Of a stretch of 64,000 nucleotides of DNA, positions 31,718 to 42,474 are shown one piece after another. Each line of letters starts with the position of its first letter. Position 1 is the first letter of the stretch. Position numbers and translations under genes: made by a program. Origin of the DNA: an uncultured delta proteobacterium (GTDB lineage Bacteria > Desulfobacterota > Desulfomonilia > UBA1062); the NCBI GenBank assembly GCA_963798485.1, contig CAWCTR010000022.1, positions 72,489 through 136,488 of the forward strand, in the 5' to 3' direction. The notes beneath the pieces are model-generated. The model ran no database searches, was not told where the DNA came from, and was given only the letters and a program-made list of their open reading frames with translations.

Positions 31718-33868
31718 TTATTCAATATGTGTAATAAGTCGTCTCCCAAGTGACAGGGGTAATATACCCGGTATTTGGGAGATATCCTTAGTATAGACCG
31801 CTCCTGTTGAAGATATGAATTTCATGACACCCTTGTCCGGATCAATAGACGGACCAAAGGCCCTGCCCATAAACATGGCCTCTGTCCCGGTTTGCCTTCC
31901 CGTGAGGGCATCATACTCTTGAAGCATGGATATGCCGGTGTCGATGCCTCCGCAGGGGGTCTCTTCTTTCCAGGTGCTGATAAAAAACTTGTTGTCCAAG
32001 ATGGTCATGCCTGAGGGTGAGCCTCCTTCGAGGGAGACAGACCAAACATTACGGTAAGCGGTATAGCACTCAAGCCTGTTATTGCTTGCCACGATGAGAT
32101 AAAGCCCCTTTCGCCGGCTGAACGGACGTATCTCCATAATGGCGTTATCGGTGGTGGTGTTTATGATGCCCTCTCGTTCGAGCCTGTTGTTAAAGAGATA
32201 GACAAGGCCGTCGGATGTACCTGCAAAAACCCCGCCTGTGCACGGGTCATAGCGTACTACATTAATGGTATGGTTTACTTCGAATTGGGCCTGCGCTGCG
32301 CCGGTTTCAAGATTGTACGCATGCAGGGTGGGGCCATTACTGAGATAGGCCATGGAATCGGATGCATCGAAACAAGACCCGTTATGCTGCCAGAGGACCT
32401 GCGGCCCTTGGCCAATACATGAAATGATGCCCAGCCTGTTCGGGCCTGTTATGACCCGGTCGCCTCTCAGACACACCTCACCTCCGATACCTGTCATAAG
32501 CCAGGTCAGGCTGCCTTCGGGCATGGTGACCTTAAGGAGCTGATCACGGGATGTGGTGCAGTACAGGTCTGTCTGTGTGGCCACAAGGTCATGGGCAAGG
32601 CCATTCAGGAAAAGATCCGGGCATGATACCAGGCTTAAAGGACTAACGACACTCGGTCTGAAAAACCGGCATTTGTCGGTCGTGAGCCAGGGCGGATCGA
32701 GGCGTGCCCGGAGGTTCTTCAGCATCAGATCCTGGTCGTTACGAATCACCATAGGCTGGGTAATAAGCATCTGTTCAGGGGCCAAGATCTCGCGTGCCGG
32801 CATATACTGTCCCCCACCCTTGATAGCCACGCTTCTCAGAAACTCCGTGTCAGGGCCGACAATGTGGACACTGATACCCAGAGACTTCGCATAGGACGAG
32901 ACATCATCAAGGCAGTGAGAGCCTTCCCCTTCATAGGCAGTGTCTTTAACGTTTCCATCGTGATCAAAGTCCTTCAGCCAGGGAGGCAGGTGGCCGTCGT
33001 TTATGGGAACACCTGCAGTAACCAGAATGATATGCTTGCCGGATACACACTGCGAAGGGAACAGCGTTGTTGCTTTATACAATACCTCCGACAAAGGGGC
33101 TGAGCCGGATGCCGGATGAACGCCGTCAAGGCCCTCAAGGATCTTCTGCCAGTCAAGGGTAAAAGGTTGGATTACGCCTTGTGACGTGCTCATAAGGGAC
33201 ACCTCACAGAGATCCAAGGATTCAAAGAGCGACCTGGTAAAAGAGAAGGCCTTCGTCCACACGGACATTGCTCCTGTCAGGCTGCCGAGCGCCGGGGCCC
33301 TTTGATATGAGTTGCCCCACCTTCCCTTGAAATAGGTGCCCTCTGCGTTCGTGTAGGTGTCCTCAATCTCGCAGATATCTGAGATGTGGGTTATGCCCCC
33401 TGCCGTCCATTTTGCATAGAGCGCATCATCCGAGTATTCTTGGCCGGATGATGCAGCAGTGGTTATCGAATCATCAACAATGATTATGATATGTGGTCTC
33501 TGGGCAATCCGGGTGATGCCTTGCGTGCAATCCGCGCCCTGTTCTCTTAATGCCACGTGCCAGGAATATGACTGCATAGCGCTGGTTGAGCGTTCGGTGA
33601 GCCTGGTGGAGAAACATATATGGTCCCACCCTTCAGGCGCCCCAAGCAGTTTATTGGTTGAGGATGGCATAGTCCCATCTTGAGGGGCAAAGAGCTGATC
33701 TTTAATGATGCGGTAGAAGGCGTTGCTCGATTTCATATGGTACAAGGTTATGGATGCCGACGTGATGGTCAGCCCCAGGATCACGGCAAGGAGCATAAGC
33801 ACAAAGGCAAGAACAAAGCCTTGCTCATTGGATGGGGGAGGATAAAGAGAGTTCCTTTTCTGTCCCAT
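31718..33868 (-). CDS. PilX-like N-terminus fused to a PilY1/PilC-like vWA + beta-propeller protein
   Basis: EQG|FVLAFVLMLL class III signal lacking E5; vWA-like IIIIVDDS and IILVT; SHCLDDV; PilY1-like C-terminal FFISTW...PCGG..G.S.L..YDALTG. Confidence 0.65.
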   Translation of the reverse strand: MGQKRNSLYPPPSNEQGFVLAFVLMLLAVILGLTITSASITLYHMKSSNAFYRIIKDQLFAPQDGTMPSSTNKLLGAPEGWDHICFSTRLTERSTSAMQSYSWHVALREQGADCTQGITRIAQRPHIIIIVDDSITTAASSGQEYSDDALYAKWTAGGITHISDICEIEDTYTNAEGTYFKGRWGNSYQRAPALGSLTGAMSVWTKAFSFTRSLFESLDLCEVSLMSTSQGVIQPFTLDWQKILEGLDGVHPASGSAPLSEVLYKATTLFPSQCVSGKHIILVTAGVPINDGHLPPWLKDFDHDGNVKDTAYEGEGSHCLDDVSSYAKSLGISVHIVGPDTEFLRSVAIKGGGQYMPAREILAPEQMLITQPMVIRNDQDLMLKNLRARLDPPWLTTDKCRFFRPSVVSPLSLVSCPDLFLNGLAHDLVATQTDLYCTTSRDQLLKVTMPEGSLTWLMTGIGGEVCLRGDRVITGPNRLGIISCIGQGPQVLWQHNGSCFDASDSMAYLSNGPTLHAYNLETGAAQAQFEVNHTINVVRYDPCTGGVFAGTSDGLVYLFNNRLEREGIINTTTDNAIMEIRPFSRRKGLYLIVASNNRLECYTAYRNVWSVSLEGGSPSGMTILDNKFFISTWKEETPCGGIDTGISMLQEYDALTGRQTGTEAMFMGRAFGPSIDPDKGVMKFISSTGAVYTKDISQIPGILPLSLGRRLITHIE

Positions 33869-34511
33869 GGTATCTTGACCTCATGTGAATTGTCAGATCA
33901 TTGCCTGAAATCGTTGGATGAAAGAGGACCACCGCCTCTGCAAGCAGTTCGTTGTTTCGGTAGAGGCCGTCTCCCTTCAGCTCATAATGGATAGCCGGGA
34001 CCACCCTGTCACCCTGTGCAGGCATTACGGCGCATATCAGAGGGACCCTGTTGTTACCCCGTTTATAGTTGTGGCCTACAACACCCGGGCCGCTCTCGGT
34101 TAATATTCCAAGGTCGGCCCAAAAGTCTGCATGGCCGTCATTGTCGATATCTACGGTATCGAGTATTGCGCCCCCGTCAACTGAGGAATTGATGAGTGCA
34201 TAGTAAGGCGCCGGATTGGTCAAGGATATGTTGATGCCGGGATTTTCCGATGTGACAGGCACCCCTGCAATAAAAAGTTCACTGCCCTGAACCGCAATCT
34301 TAAGGTCCTGCGGGAGCAGTAATGCGCACTGTACGAGATCTGCATTCAAGCGGATCGAGGCCTGGCGGAGCGACTGCATGCAGTACCATGCCTCTCTCAT
34401 TTCTTGATGCGTAACAGCCGACACCTGGTAGAACTGATAGAGCGCGAGAAAGAGTATTGATGAGCATGCAAGCGCTATAAGCAGCTCCACCAGGCCCACA
34501 CCTTTTTCCAT
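33825..34511 (-). CDS. Type IV minor pilin, PilW-like
   Basis: KG|VGLVELLIALA prepilin motif with E5, and DIDNDG motif. Confidence 0.75.
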   Translation of the reverse strand: MEKGVGLVELLIALACSSILFLALYQFYQVSAVTHQEMREAWYCMQSLRQASIRLNADLVQCALLLPQDLKIAVQGSELFIAGVPVTSENPGINISLTNPAPYYALINSSVDGGAILDTVDIDNDGHADFWADLGILTESGPGVVGHNYKRGNNRVPLICAVMPAQGDRVVPAIHYELKGDGLYRNNELLAEAVVLFHPTISGNDLTIHMRSRYHGTEKELSLSSPIQ

Positions 34512-34724
34512 CCCGCACCCCTTTCACTATACAACGTGCCCATATGAAAGGAAGGATAATCCTTGGGAAGAGAAATCAAAAAAAGAAGGGTGGCATGCTC
34601 AACAATAATACAGAATTAGAGTATAATACTATTAACCCCGTGCTTGTCAAGGGATGAAAGTGGACCCTGGAAAAAGGCAATGGACAACCTGAAAAGATAT
34701 TGATAATAATCGCACCAAAACAAG

Positions 34725-36377
34725 ATGGAGCGCATGCAGAGCAGGGGGAATATATTTATCGCGGTCATTGTGGTGATCGCCATTGCCATGACCCTGTTCC
34801 TGATTGTACCCCTTGGCGGTAAGGTCGGACAGCTCAGGGAGGCCACCATCTCGTTCATCTTCCGGAAGCCCCCGCAGTTCATCTCCATGGAAGTAGAAGT
34901 AGATGGGCTCCGCAAGGTGATAAGGGCGGGTGAGTCACTCAAGATCAAGGGTGGAGAGACTATCATCATCACAAAGATCCAAGCGAATACGTTCTTCGAA
35001 TCATACCTCACTGCCGATGTTGTAGGCTTCGGCAAGCCAAACGACATGAATGAACCCATCGATACAGTGGAGATCCGCAATCAGCTCATAGCAGCCGGCA
35101 TCAAATCGGTCCCTATTGATGTCTATTACCTGGACCACAAGATCGCCAAGGTCCCCCTTGAGTTGGATCTGACCGAGCAGGACTTTATCAATCAGATAAA
35201 ATCAGCCAAGAGCGATGAGGAAAAGATCCCGCTGCTGCGCTCTGCCCATGCGACCTTTCCAAAGAATAATTACTTCCTGGAAGAGCTTGATAAGCTCTTA
35301 AGCGCTAAAGAAGATTACCAGGCCCTGGTGGGGATCTACAAGGGTGTTGTGGAAGCCGATCCTGCGAATGTGGCGGCATACTCGAACCTCTCAGCGTATT
35401 ACATAAAGCTGAAGAACTACGATGAGGCCCTTGCCATGTGCCGAAAAATTATTGATGCGGGCAAGGCGGATGCGGTCATTTACCGCCGCATGGCATATAT
35501 CGAAGGCGAAAAGGGTGATCTTGAAAACCGTGTGGTATACCTGAAAAAGGCCCTGGAGTTTGATAAACAAAACGAATCCGTGGTCGTCGACCTGGCCAAG
35601 ACCTATGAACAGGCAGGCATGAAACAGCAGGCCCTTGATGTGTACCAGTCCGCTTCGGATACTGCCAAGGATAGGGATATCCTTATTCCGCTGATTCAAA
35701 ATGCGCTGAAAACCGGAGAGTATAAAAAGGCGCTCGACCTTCTGAAACGCTACCTTCAGCGCTACCCCCAGGATAAAAACGCACTGGCGCAGCTTGCCAT
35801 GGTCATGGGCAAGCTGGGTGACACAAAAGCGCAGGTGACGTATTACTTAAGGGCAGCAGAACTTTCGCCTTCAGACAGCGTGCTCTGGTATAACCTCGGT
35901 GTTGCCCGCGAGAAACAGGGCGATGCCAAGGGCGCCCTTGACGCCTATGCAAAGGTGCTCCGGATAAAGAAAGGCGATATGGATTCACTCCAGAGTGCGG
36001 CAGCCCTGTCATTGAAACTCGGCCAATACAAGGATGCATACGCATATTATTCATCCCTGGCGGGAAAGACCTCCAAAAAGGAACACCTGAAGGGCCTTGT
36101 GAGCGCTGCTGTAGGATTGAAGGACCAGGACAAGGTTATCGATGCGGCTACCTTGTTCCTCAAGAAGAACAAGGACCATGATGTGGCCATAGCACTCGGG
36201 TATGCCTATGAGGGGAGGGCTTCCGCACATGAGCCCCGGACAAGGTTGGATGACCTGAATAAGGCACTGGAGGCATTTCAGACAGCCAGGAGGATCAATC
36301 CCGCCTCCAAGGTTGCCGGCGAGAAGATACCCGAGCTTAAGATTGAAATCCTTAGGCTCAGGAAGGCGCGGCAGTAA
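34725..36377 (+). CDS. Membrane-anchored multi-TPR protein
   Basis: N-terminal hydrophobic helix, a beta-rich region of about 130 aa, then many TPR-like repeats (AYSNL, LWYNLG, ALAQLA). Confidence 0.85.
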   Translation: MERMQSRGNIFIAVIVVIAIAMTLFLIVPLGGKVGQLREATISFIFRKPPQFISMEVEVDGLRKVIRAGESLKIKGGETIIITKIQANTFFESYLTADVVGFGKPNDMNEPIDTVEIRNQLIAAGIKSVPIDVYYLDHKIAKVPLELDLTEQDFINQIKSAKSDEEKIPLLRSAHATFPKNNYFLEELDKLLSAKEDYQALVGIYKGVVEADPANVAAYSNLSAYYIKLKNYDEALAMCRKIIDAGKADAVIYRRMAYIEGEKGDLENRVVYLKKALEFDKQNESVVVDLAKTYEQAGMKQQALDVYQSASDTAKDRDILIPLIQNALKTGEYKKALDLLKRYLQRYPQDKNALAQLAMVMGKLGDTKAQVTYYLRAAELSPSDSVLWYNLGVAREKQGDAKGALDAYAKVLRIKKGDMDSLQSAAALSLKLGQYKDAYAYYSSLAGKTSKKEHLKGLVSAAVGLKDQDKVIDAATLFLKKNKDHDVAIALGYAYEGRASAHEPRTRLDDLNKALEAFQTARRINPASKVAGEKIPELKIEILRLRKARQ

Positions 36378-36418
36378 TTTCGCGTGCGTGTATGAGCCTT
36401 GGGGGCCAAACACATATC

Positions 36419-37093
36419 ATGAAGAGGACCTTTGCCATCGGCGACATCCATGGATGTCTTGACAAACTCAAAGACCTCATATCGCTCATCGACCCCGGCC
36501 CGAGGGACAGCCTGATCTTCCTGGGTGATTACATCGACCGGGGCGAATCCGCCTCCGAGGTGATCGATTTCCTCATAGATCTTGCGAGCAGGGTTACCTG
36601 TACTTTTTTAAGGGGCAACCATGAGGATATGTTTATCACCTTCTTGGAGTTCGGCTCGAATAAGACCATCTTTTTTGCCAATGGCGGCCTTAAGACCATT
36701 GAGTCCTACGTCAAGCCCGAGCGTTTTACCGGCAATGACCAGGTGGCGCGTAAGCTGCCCGAGGCGCATAGAGATTTTTTCTCAAAGCTCAAACTGTATC
36801 ATGAGGATGACGGGTATCTTTATGTGCATGCAGGCATCAAGCCCGGCAAGCCCATGAAAGGACAGGACAAGTATGACCTTATCTGGATCAGGGACGAGTT
36901 CATCTTTTCGCCGACCGGGATGAAGAAGAAGGTGATCTTCGGGCATACACCCTTTGCCAGGCCCATGGTAAAACCGGATAAGATCGGGATAGATACCGGG
37001 GCGGTCTATGGCGGGGTTCTCACGGCCATAGAGATCCCCGGCGAAACATTCATAGAGTCTTTCAGGCAGGCACAGGCCTCATCGAGAGAATAA
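36419..37093 (+). CDS. PPP-family Ser/Thr protein phosphatase (PphA-like metallophosphoesterase)
   Basis: GDIHG, GDYIDRG, RGNHE, HAG, GHT and IDTGA. Confidence 0.93.
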   Translation: MKRTFAIGDIHGCLDKLKDLISLIDPGPRDSLIFLGDYIDRGESASEVIDFLIDLASRVTCTFLRGNHEDMFITFLEFGSNKTIFFANGGLKTIESYVKPERFTGNDQVARKLPEAHRDFFSKLKLYHEDDGYLYVHAGIKPGKPMKGQDKYDLIWIRDEFIFSPTGMKKKVIFGHTPFARPMVKPDKIGIDTGAVYGGVLTAIEIPGETFIESFRQAQASSRE

Positions 37094-37098
37094 CGGCC

Positions 37099-37755
37099 AT
37101 GTCCAAGGATTATTACCGGATTTTGGAAATATCGAAGGATGCAACATCTTTAGAGATCAAGAAGACCTACCGCAGGCTCGCCCTTCAATATCACCCTGAT
37201 CGTAACGCCGATGATGCGGCCTTAGAGCATTTCAAGGAGATCACCGAGGCATACGGGGTGCTTATCGATCCGGACAAGCGGCACAAATATGACCTGCAGC
37301 GGGGATTCTCCTTCAACCGGGAGACGGTGTTCGAAGATATCCTGTCCAAATCAGAGTTCCGGGACGTCTTCGATGATCTGCCCATACGCAAAGAATGGAT
37401 TGATCGCATATTGAATGTGAGCAAGGTACTTGCGTATGAGGCCTTTGTAGTGGGAGGAACGCCCAGTGCAATCCTCAGGCGGTCTATGGTGCGCCTGGCA
37501 TCGCAGGGCTTGAACAGGATGTTCCATGCAGTCATGGACATGCATGAAAGGGTTGCCATCCCTTCAAGTATTGCCGTGCTCGGGGGATACATAACCCTGG
37601 AGTACAGGCCTGGCTTCGTGAAACACAAGATCCGTGTGAAAATACCCAGGAACACGCAGCAAGGCATAATGCTCAGGGTCGTGGGGATGGGCAGGTCAAG
37701 CCCGTCAAGAAAGGCAGGGGACCTCTATTTGCAGGTGGACATCGAATCGTTGTAA
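37099..37755 (+). CDS. J-domain (DnaJ-like) protein
   Basis: [24 protein letters not shown] and a DnaJ C-terminal-like G.G...GDLYL. No zinc finger. Confidence 0.88.
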   Translation: MSKDYYRILEISKDATSLEIKKTYRRLALQYHPDRNADDAALEHFKEITEAYGVLIDPDKRHKYDLQRGFSFNRETVFEDILSKSEFRDVFDDLPIRKEWIDRILNVSKVLAYEAFVVGGTPSAILRRSMVRLASQGLNRMFHAVMDMHERVAIPSSIAVLGGYITLEYRPGFVKHKIRVKIPRNTQQGIMLRVVGMGRSSPSRKAGDLYLQVDIESL

Positions 37756-38642
37756 ATGACGATCTGGTTCTTGCCGTGCGTCTTGCCCCAGTACATGGCT
37801 GCATCCGCCATTTTTATGACCTCGTGCGGATCGCTGGAGTCCTTCGGCAGGCTTGAAAGGCCCATGGTGACGCTGACCTCAAGCGTTGATTCAACCGTTG
37901 TGCAGATACGCTCGGAGACCACCACGGCCTCTTCAATTGAGGTCTCAGGGAAGAGGATAATGAACTCCTCTCCGCCATAGCGGGCAAGGATGTCGCAGTT
38001 TCTCGTGTTATGCCTGAACACATGGGACAGGCGCATGATCAGTTCATTGCCCTTTTCATGCCCATTGGCGTCGTTGTACTTCTTGAAATCGTCGATATCG
38101 ATCATGGCCAGAGACATTGTCCTGTTGTACCGCAGGTGTCTCGATACCTCGTTCTTGAGGACGCTCATGAGGTGCCGGAAGTTGTACATGCCCGTAAGCT
38201 CGTCGGTCCGGGAAAGGTTCCGGTAGTAGCCGGCCAGCTCGGCCTCCTCTTTGAGCCTGACCTCTTCGAGGATCCTCCGGATAGTGAGATGGAGGTGGTC
38301 GAGCAGAATCGGTTTTGTAATGAAATCCGAGGCCCCGAGCTTCATGCATTCCACGGCATCACGTATGGTGCCGTATCCGGTAATCATGATGGCCTGGATA
38401 TCGGTCCTGATCTTTTTGATGGATTTCAATAACTCCGAACCTGTCATGCCCGGAAGGTGAAGATCCACAATGGCTATATGAAAGAGGTCTTTCTGGACGA
38501 TTGCAATCGCCTGTTCCCCGCTCATGGCGGTCGTCACGTCAAAATCATGCCCTAAGAGATACTCTTCAATGAGATCAAGGGTCTCCTGTTCATCATCCAC
38601 AATCAGGACCCGCGTTTTTTTCATCACAAGCATGGCACCCAT
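37725..38642 (-). CDS. Response-regulator diguanylate cyclase (REC-GGDEF)
   Basis: REC (VDD, VDLHLP, KP), TDELTG, DIDDFK, I-site RNCD and intact GGEEF. The start is uncertain (38624-38669). Confidence 0.93.
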   Translation of the reverse strand: MGAMLVMKKTRVLIVDDEQETLDLIEEYLLGHDFDVTTAMSGEQAIAIVQKDLFHIAIVDLHLPGMTGSELLKSIKKIRTDIQAIMITGYGTIRDAVECMKLGASDFITKPILLDHLHLTIRRILEEVRLKEEAELAGYYRNLSRTDELTGMYNFRHLMSVLKNEVSRHLRYNRTMSLAMIDIDDFKKYNDANGHEKGNELIMRLSHVFRHNTRNCDILARYGGEEFIILFPETSIEEAVVVSERICTTVESTLEVSVTMGLSSLPKDSSDPHEVIKMADAAMYWGKTHGKNQIVIYNDSMSTCK

Positions 38643-38864
38643 CGTATTAGCCGCTCTCCTTGTCCTCACATAATAATTCCACGAAGAGAACTTACAACTC
38701 TACCCATACTAACGGATAATTGTCTACAATTCATGAGAGTTATTTTCGTTTACCATCAGAGGGGGTATTGTTGGCACAATAATCTGTAGAGGTGTCCCAT
38801 AATCTTTTATCTATAACAGTATTTCTCCTAAAGATATTTAAAAAAAAGACCGTTAACGGGTGTG

Positions 38865-39671
38865 ATGCAACAGGCTTGTCTTATGGAAAAGATTGAACAG
38901 CAGATTGAGAGTATTCCGACCCTTGAGTCCAGCCGGATGAGGCTCTTTAATGTGCTCCAGGAGGAAGAATCCTCCATAGAGGGTATCGAGCAGGTCATAT
39001 CCAGTGATCCTGCCATGGTGGCCAAGGTGATCAAGCTGGCGAACTCTCCGTTCTACCGTCATGCCGATCGGCATGTGGGAATCCGGCAGGCATTACACAC
39101 CATCGGCCTTGACATGGTGAAATGCATCGCCTTGTCCATGGCCGTGATGGAGACCTTTGGCTCCCAGACCCCTCCAATGAAGCAGCTCTGGAAGCATTCC
39201 TATGCAGTGGCCTATATATCAGGTCTGCTCGGGAATTCCAAAGCCGAGAAGGAGTGTCTCTTTACCGGGGGGCTTCTCCATGATATAGGCAGGATGGTGC
39301 TGATCTGCAAGACCCCTGAACACTATCTTCCCCTTTGTGAGTTCACTGGTTGTTGGCCCGAGCCGGCATTAGAGCACGATGTTTTCGCCATGGACCACAC
39401 AATAATCGGTGAGCTGATCGCTAGGCGCTGGCATTTCCCGCCGGAAGTCATAGCCCTGATCAGGTATCATCACGAACCAATGAGCCGTACATCCGCCCTT
39501 GTTTATCTGACGGATCAGGTCGTCATGCAGCATGAGAGGGGTTTGATCTCGGAAGATTTTGAGCAGGAGGTCTTGATCAAGAACCACCTTGGTGATGAAT
39601 ATAAAGATCTTGTAAATACTATTAGACAAAGGTATAGAACGAACACGGTTATATTTGAAAATTTGGGGTAA
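38865..39671 (+). CDS. HDOD-domain protein
   Basis: DPAMVAKVIKLANS, WKHS, GLLHDIGR and W.FP....I.YHH. Confidence 0.92.
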   Translation: MQQACLMEKIEQQIESIPTLESSRMRLFNVLQEEESSIEGIEQVISSDPAMVAKVIKLANSPFYRHADRHVGIRQALHTIGLDMVKCIALSMAVMETFGSQTPPMKQLWKHSYAVAYISGLLGNSKAEKECLFTGGLLHDIGRMVLICKTPEHYLPLCEFTGCWPEPALEHDVFAMDHTIIGELIARRWHFPPEVIALIRYHHEPMSRTSALVYLTDQVVMQHERGLISEDFEQEVLIKNHLGDEYKDLVNTIRQRYRTNTVIFENLG

Positions 39672-39679
39672 GGGGCATT

Positions 39680-41803
39680 GTGTTTGCCGTGAAGGAGCTG
39701 CATATTCTACGGGGCGAATCCACAGAGCTTACCTCGACTCGTGAAGGGATCTTGCTTGATCTCCTCAGTAAGGCCTCTGACTTCTATGAACACACGGTAG
39801 GCATACTTTCTTCCATTTTCGAGATCACCGAATTCGTCTCTAAAGGTTCCCCGGAGCGCGACTTCTTTGCTTATGTAACAAATGTGCTCATAGAGGAGTC
39901 AAGGTGTGAAAACGCCTCCATCTTCATGGTGGAGGGCGAGGCGGTCGTACTCAAGGCCGCATCCGGCATAGCAATCAATAATGCCAATCCTCACGTGAGC
40001 ATGGCGCTGGGAGAGGGCGTTGCCGGAACCTGTGCACAGGACGGGAAGACCATCTTAGTTCACGATGTACAAGACTGTGAATTTTTCAAGAAGATGGATT
40101 CCGCCAAGGTTGCCATTGGTTCCATGCTGTGCGTGCCCATTAAGGAAGGAAACAGGACGCTGGGCGTCATGAACCTGTCCCATTCTTGCAAGGGCTATTT
40201 CAATGTCCATTATGTTCGGGTGTTTGAGCTCATGGGCTTGCTTATCGGCCAGATGCTTACCCTGGTCCAGCTTTATGAAGTCTTCCAGCGGAAGAATTCG
40301 GATTTGACCGAACTCTTAAACCAGAGAGACGATTCTTTACGAAGCGTTACCGAGAGGTATAAGGCGGTTGTCGATATTTCCGAGGAGATGATATTCATTA
40401 TCGACAAGGCAGGCCGTGTCCTGTTTCTCAACAGGGCACTGCAGGGACTCCTGGCAAGGCCGCCAACGACGATTACGGATATCTTCGATGAAACGTGCGT
40501 TTCATTGATCCTTGAAAAGTCCCAGGCAGATACCGGCCGTTCCACCGAGTTTGATCTCAATGTGAAGGTGGGAGAAAAGGCCGATATTATCGCCCAGTTC
40601 TTTATCAAGCATATCGATATTGACCAGGTTCTCGTAATTATGCGCGACATTACAGCCAAGAAGCTCATCGAACAGAAGACCATGCAGACAGAGAAGCTCA
40701 CTTCATTGGGGCTGCTTACCTCCGGGATAGCCCATGAGCTCAATAACAAGCTCACTCCTATCCTGGGGTTTGCCGACCTCATGGACCCGGATCATCTGAG
40801 CCCGCAAGACCGGAAGAGGCTTTCCATCATCATCAACTCGGCCTCGGCCGCCAAGGGCATTGTGGAATCCCTGCTCAAGTTTTCCCGGAACAAACCCCCG
40901 GAGAAGAACATATTCGACATGCGCGAGGTTATCAAGAGGACGATGAACCTCTATAGCCCGATCATCAAGAAGCGCGGTATAGAAATCCTCAACGAGGACC
41001 CTGAAGAGCCGCTGTACATTAAGGCAGACATGAATTGCATGGAGCAGGTGCTCGTGAACTTCATCAACAATTCCATCGATGCCATCGATGAGCACCCCGG
41101 CACCATCTGGATCAGGTCGTTCATCAATGATGAATTTGTGAATGTTACTATTGAGGATACCGGTGGCGGCATCGCTGAAGGCGTTAAGACAAAAATATTT
41201 GATCCGTTTTTCACCACCAAGCCGAAGGACAAGGGAACAGGACTCGGGCTCTCCATATGCTACGGGATCATTTCCGACCACAAGGGCGAGGTGTTCATTG
41301 AAAATACAAGCAATGGCGCCATGGCGACCATGAAGGTCCCTGCCATCATGGAGATGGATACCAAAGACAAAGATACTGTTATGGATGATGAGCCCGTCTT
41401 CATGCTGGATGAAGGCCGGAAGAGGCAGAGCCTGATCATGGTGGTGGAGGATGAGGCGGACCTCCTTGACCTCATGGTGGACACCTTGAGCCCGCACTAC
41501 AAGGTCATCACCTTCGAGAACGGCAGAAAGGCCTGCGATAACCTCGAAGAGTACGCCTGGGAACTCATTATATCCGACCTGAGGATGCCGGTGATGAACG
41601 GCATGGAATTCTACCATGAGGCGGTAAAGAAGAACCCGGGTTTAAAAAAAAGGTTCTTGTTCATTACCGGTGATACCTATGACTTTCAGGTGAAGGAATT
41701 CCTTGAGACCACCGGGGTAACATACCTGAAGAAACCTTTCAGGATCAAGGAATTGAGGGAATCCGTGCACAAGCACCTACAATTGAGGACGGTTAAGGAA
41801 TGA
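39680..41803 (+). CDS. Hybrid histidine kinase GAF-PAS-HisKA-HATPase-REC
   Basis: GAF (GEGVAG, SMLCVP), PAS, AHELNNKL, DTGGG, GTGLGL and a C-terminal REC with DLRMP. Confidence 0.93.
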   Translation: MFAVKELHILRGESTELTSTREGILLDLLSKASDFYEHTVGILSSIFEITEFVSKGSPERDFFAYVTNVLIEESRCENASIFMVEGEAVVLKAASGIAINNANPHVSMALGEGVAGTCAQDGKTILVHDVQDCEFFKKMDSAKVAIGSMLCVPIKEGNRTLGVMNLSHSCKGYFNVHYVRVFELMGLLIGQMLTLVQLYEVFQRKNSDLTELLNQRDDSLRSVTERYKAVVDISEEMIFIIDKAGRVLFLNRALQGLLARPPTTITDIFDETCVSLILEKSQADTGRSTEFDLNVKVGEKADIIAQFFIKHIDIDQVLVIMRDITAKKLIEQKTMQTEKLTSLGLLTSGIAHELNNKLTPILGFADLMDPDHLSPQDRKRLSIIINSASAAKGIVESLLKFSRNKPPEKNIFDMREVIKRTMNLYSPIIKKRGIEILNEDPEEPLYIKADMNCMEQVLVNFINNSIDAIDEHPGTIWIRSFINDEFVNVTIEDTGGGIAEGVKTKIFDPFFTTKPKDKGTGLGLSICYGIISDHKGEVFIENTSNGAMATMKVPAIMEMDTKDKDTVMDDEPVFMLDEGRKRQSLIMVVEDEADLLDLMVDTLSPHYKVITFENGRKACDNLEEYAWELIISDLRMPVMNGMEFYHEAVKKNPGLKKRFLFITGDTYDFQVKEFLETTGVTYLKKPFRIKELRESVHKHLQLRTVKE

Positions 41804-42474
41804 GCGCTAAGAGGATACTCGTTGTGGACGATGAAGAGATCGTCCGCTATTCACTAAAGAATATCCTTACAACTAATGGGTTTGAGGTGGATGAAGTGGG
41901 GTCCGCCGAGGATGCGCTCAAACTCCTCTATACCAAAGGCTTTCATCTGGTGCTTACCGACCTTGTGCTGGAAGGTATGGGCGGGCTTGAGTTACTGGAG
42001 AATGTCAAGGTTATATCGCCGCGGACACTGGTTATCGTGATCACCGGCTATGGTTCCCTGAAGACCGCCGTGGCAGCGCTCAGACTCGGGGTATACGACT
42101 ATCTCCTCAAGCCCTGCGACGAGAATGAACTCGTTTTGAGGGTGCGCAGGGCGCTTGAGATGCAGGGTTACGGCACGGAACAGAAGAAACTCCATGAATT
42201 AAGCGCCATTGCCAAGACCGCGGTGACGCTCTCGGACAAGATAAATACCCCTCTCAACATCATCATGGGCAACATCGAGATGCTCGAACTCAGCCCGGAG
42301 CTCGAGAGGAATACCAAGATTCAAGAAACACTCCATGTCATGGAAACGCAGATATTTGCCATTAAGAAGGTAATGGATAAGCTGGCCAGCCTCACGAACG
42401 CCGATACGAAAAGTTACCCGGCTTTAAGGGATTATGAGATTATTGATTTGACAAGCGAGGGGGCTAATGATTAG
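41800..42474 (+). CDS. Response regulator with a C-terminal HisKA-like hairpin lacking the phospho-His
   Basis: REC (VDD, TDL, KP), then TAVTLSDKINTPLNIIMGN. No HATPase domain. Confidence 0.8.
   Translation: MSAKRILVVDDEEIVRYSLKNILTTNGFEVDEVGSAEDALKLLYTKGFHLVLTDLVLEGMGGLELLENVKVISPRTLVIVITGYGSLKTAVAALRLGVYDYLLKPCDENELVLRVRRALEMQGYGTEQKKLHELSAIAKTAVTLSDKINTPLNIIMGNIEMLELSPELERNTKIQETLHVMETQIFAIKKVMDKLASLTNADTKSYPALRDYEIIDLTSEGAND

Noticed and set aside
38771-38790. Sigma-54 promoter candidates (TGGCAC here and near 17515 and 57784)
   Set aside because: None has the GC dinucleotide at the required GG-N10-GC spacing.
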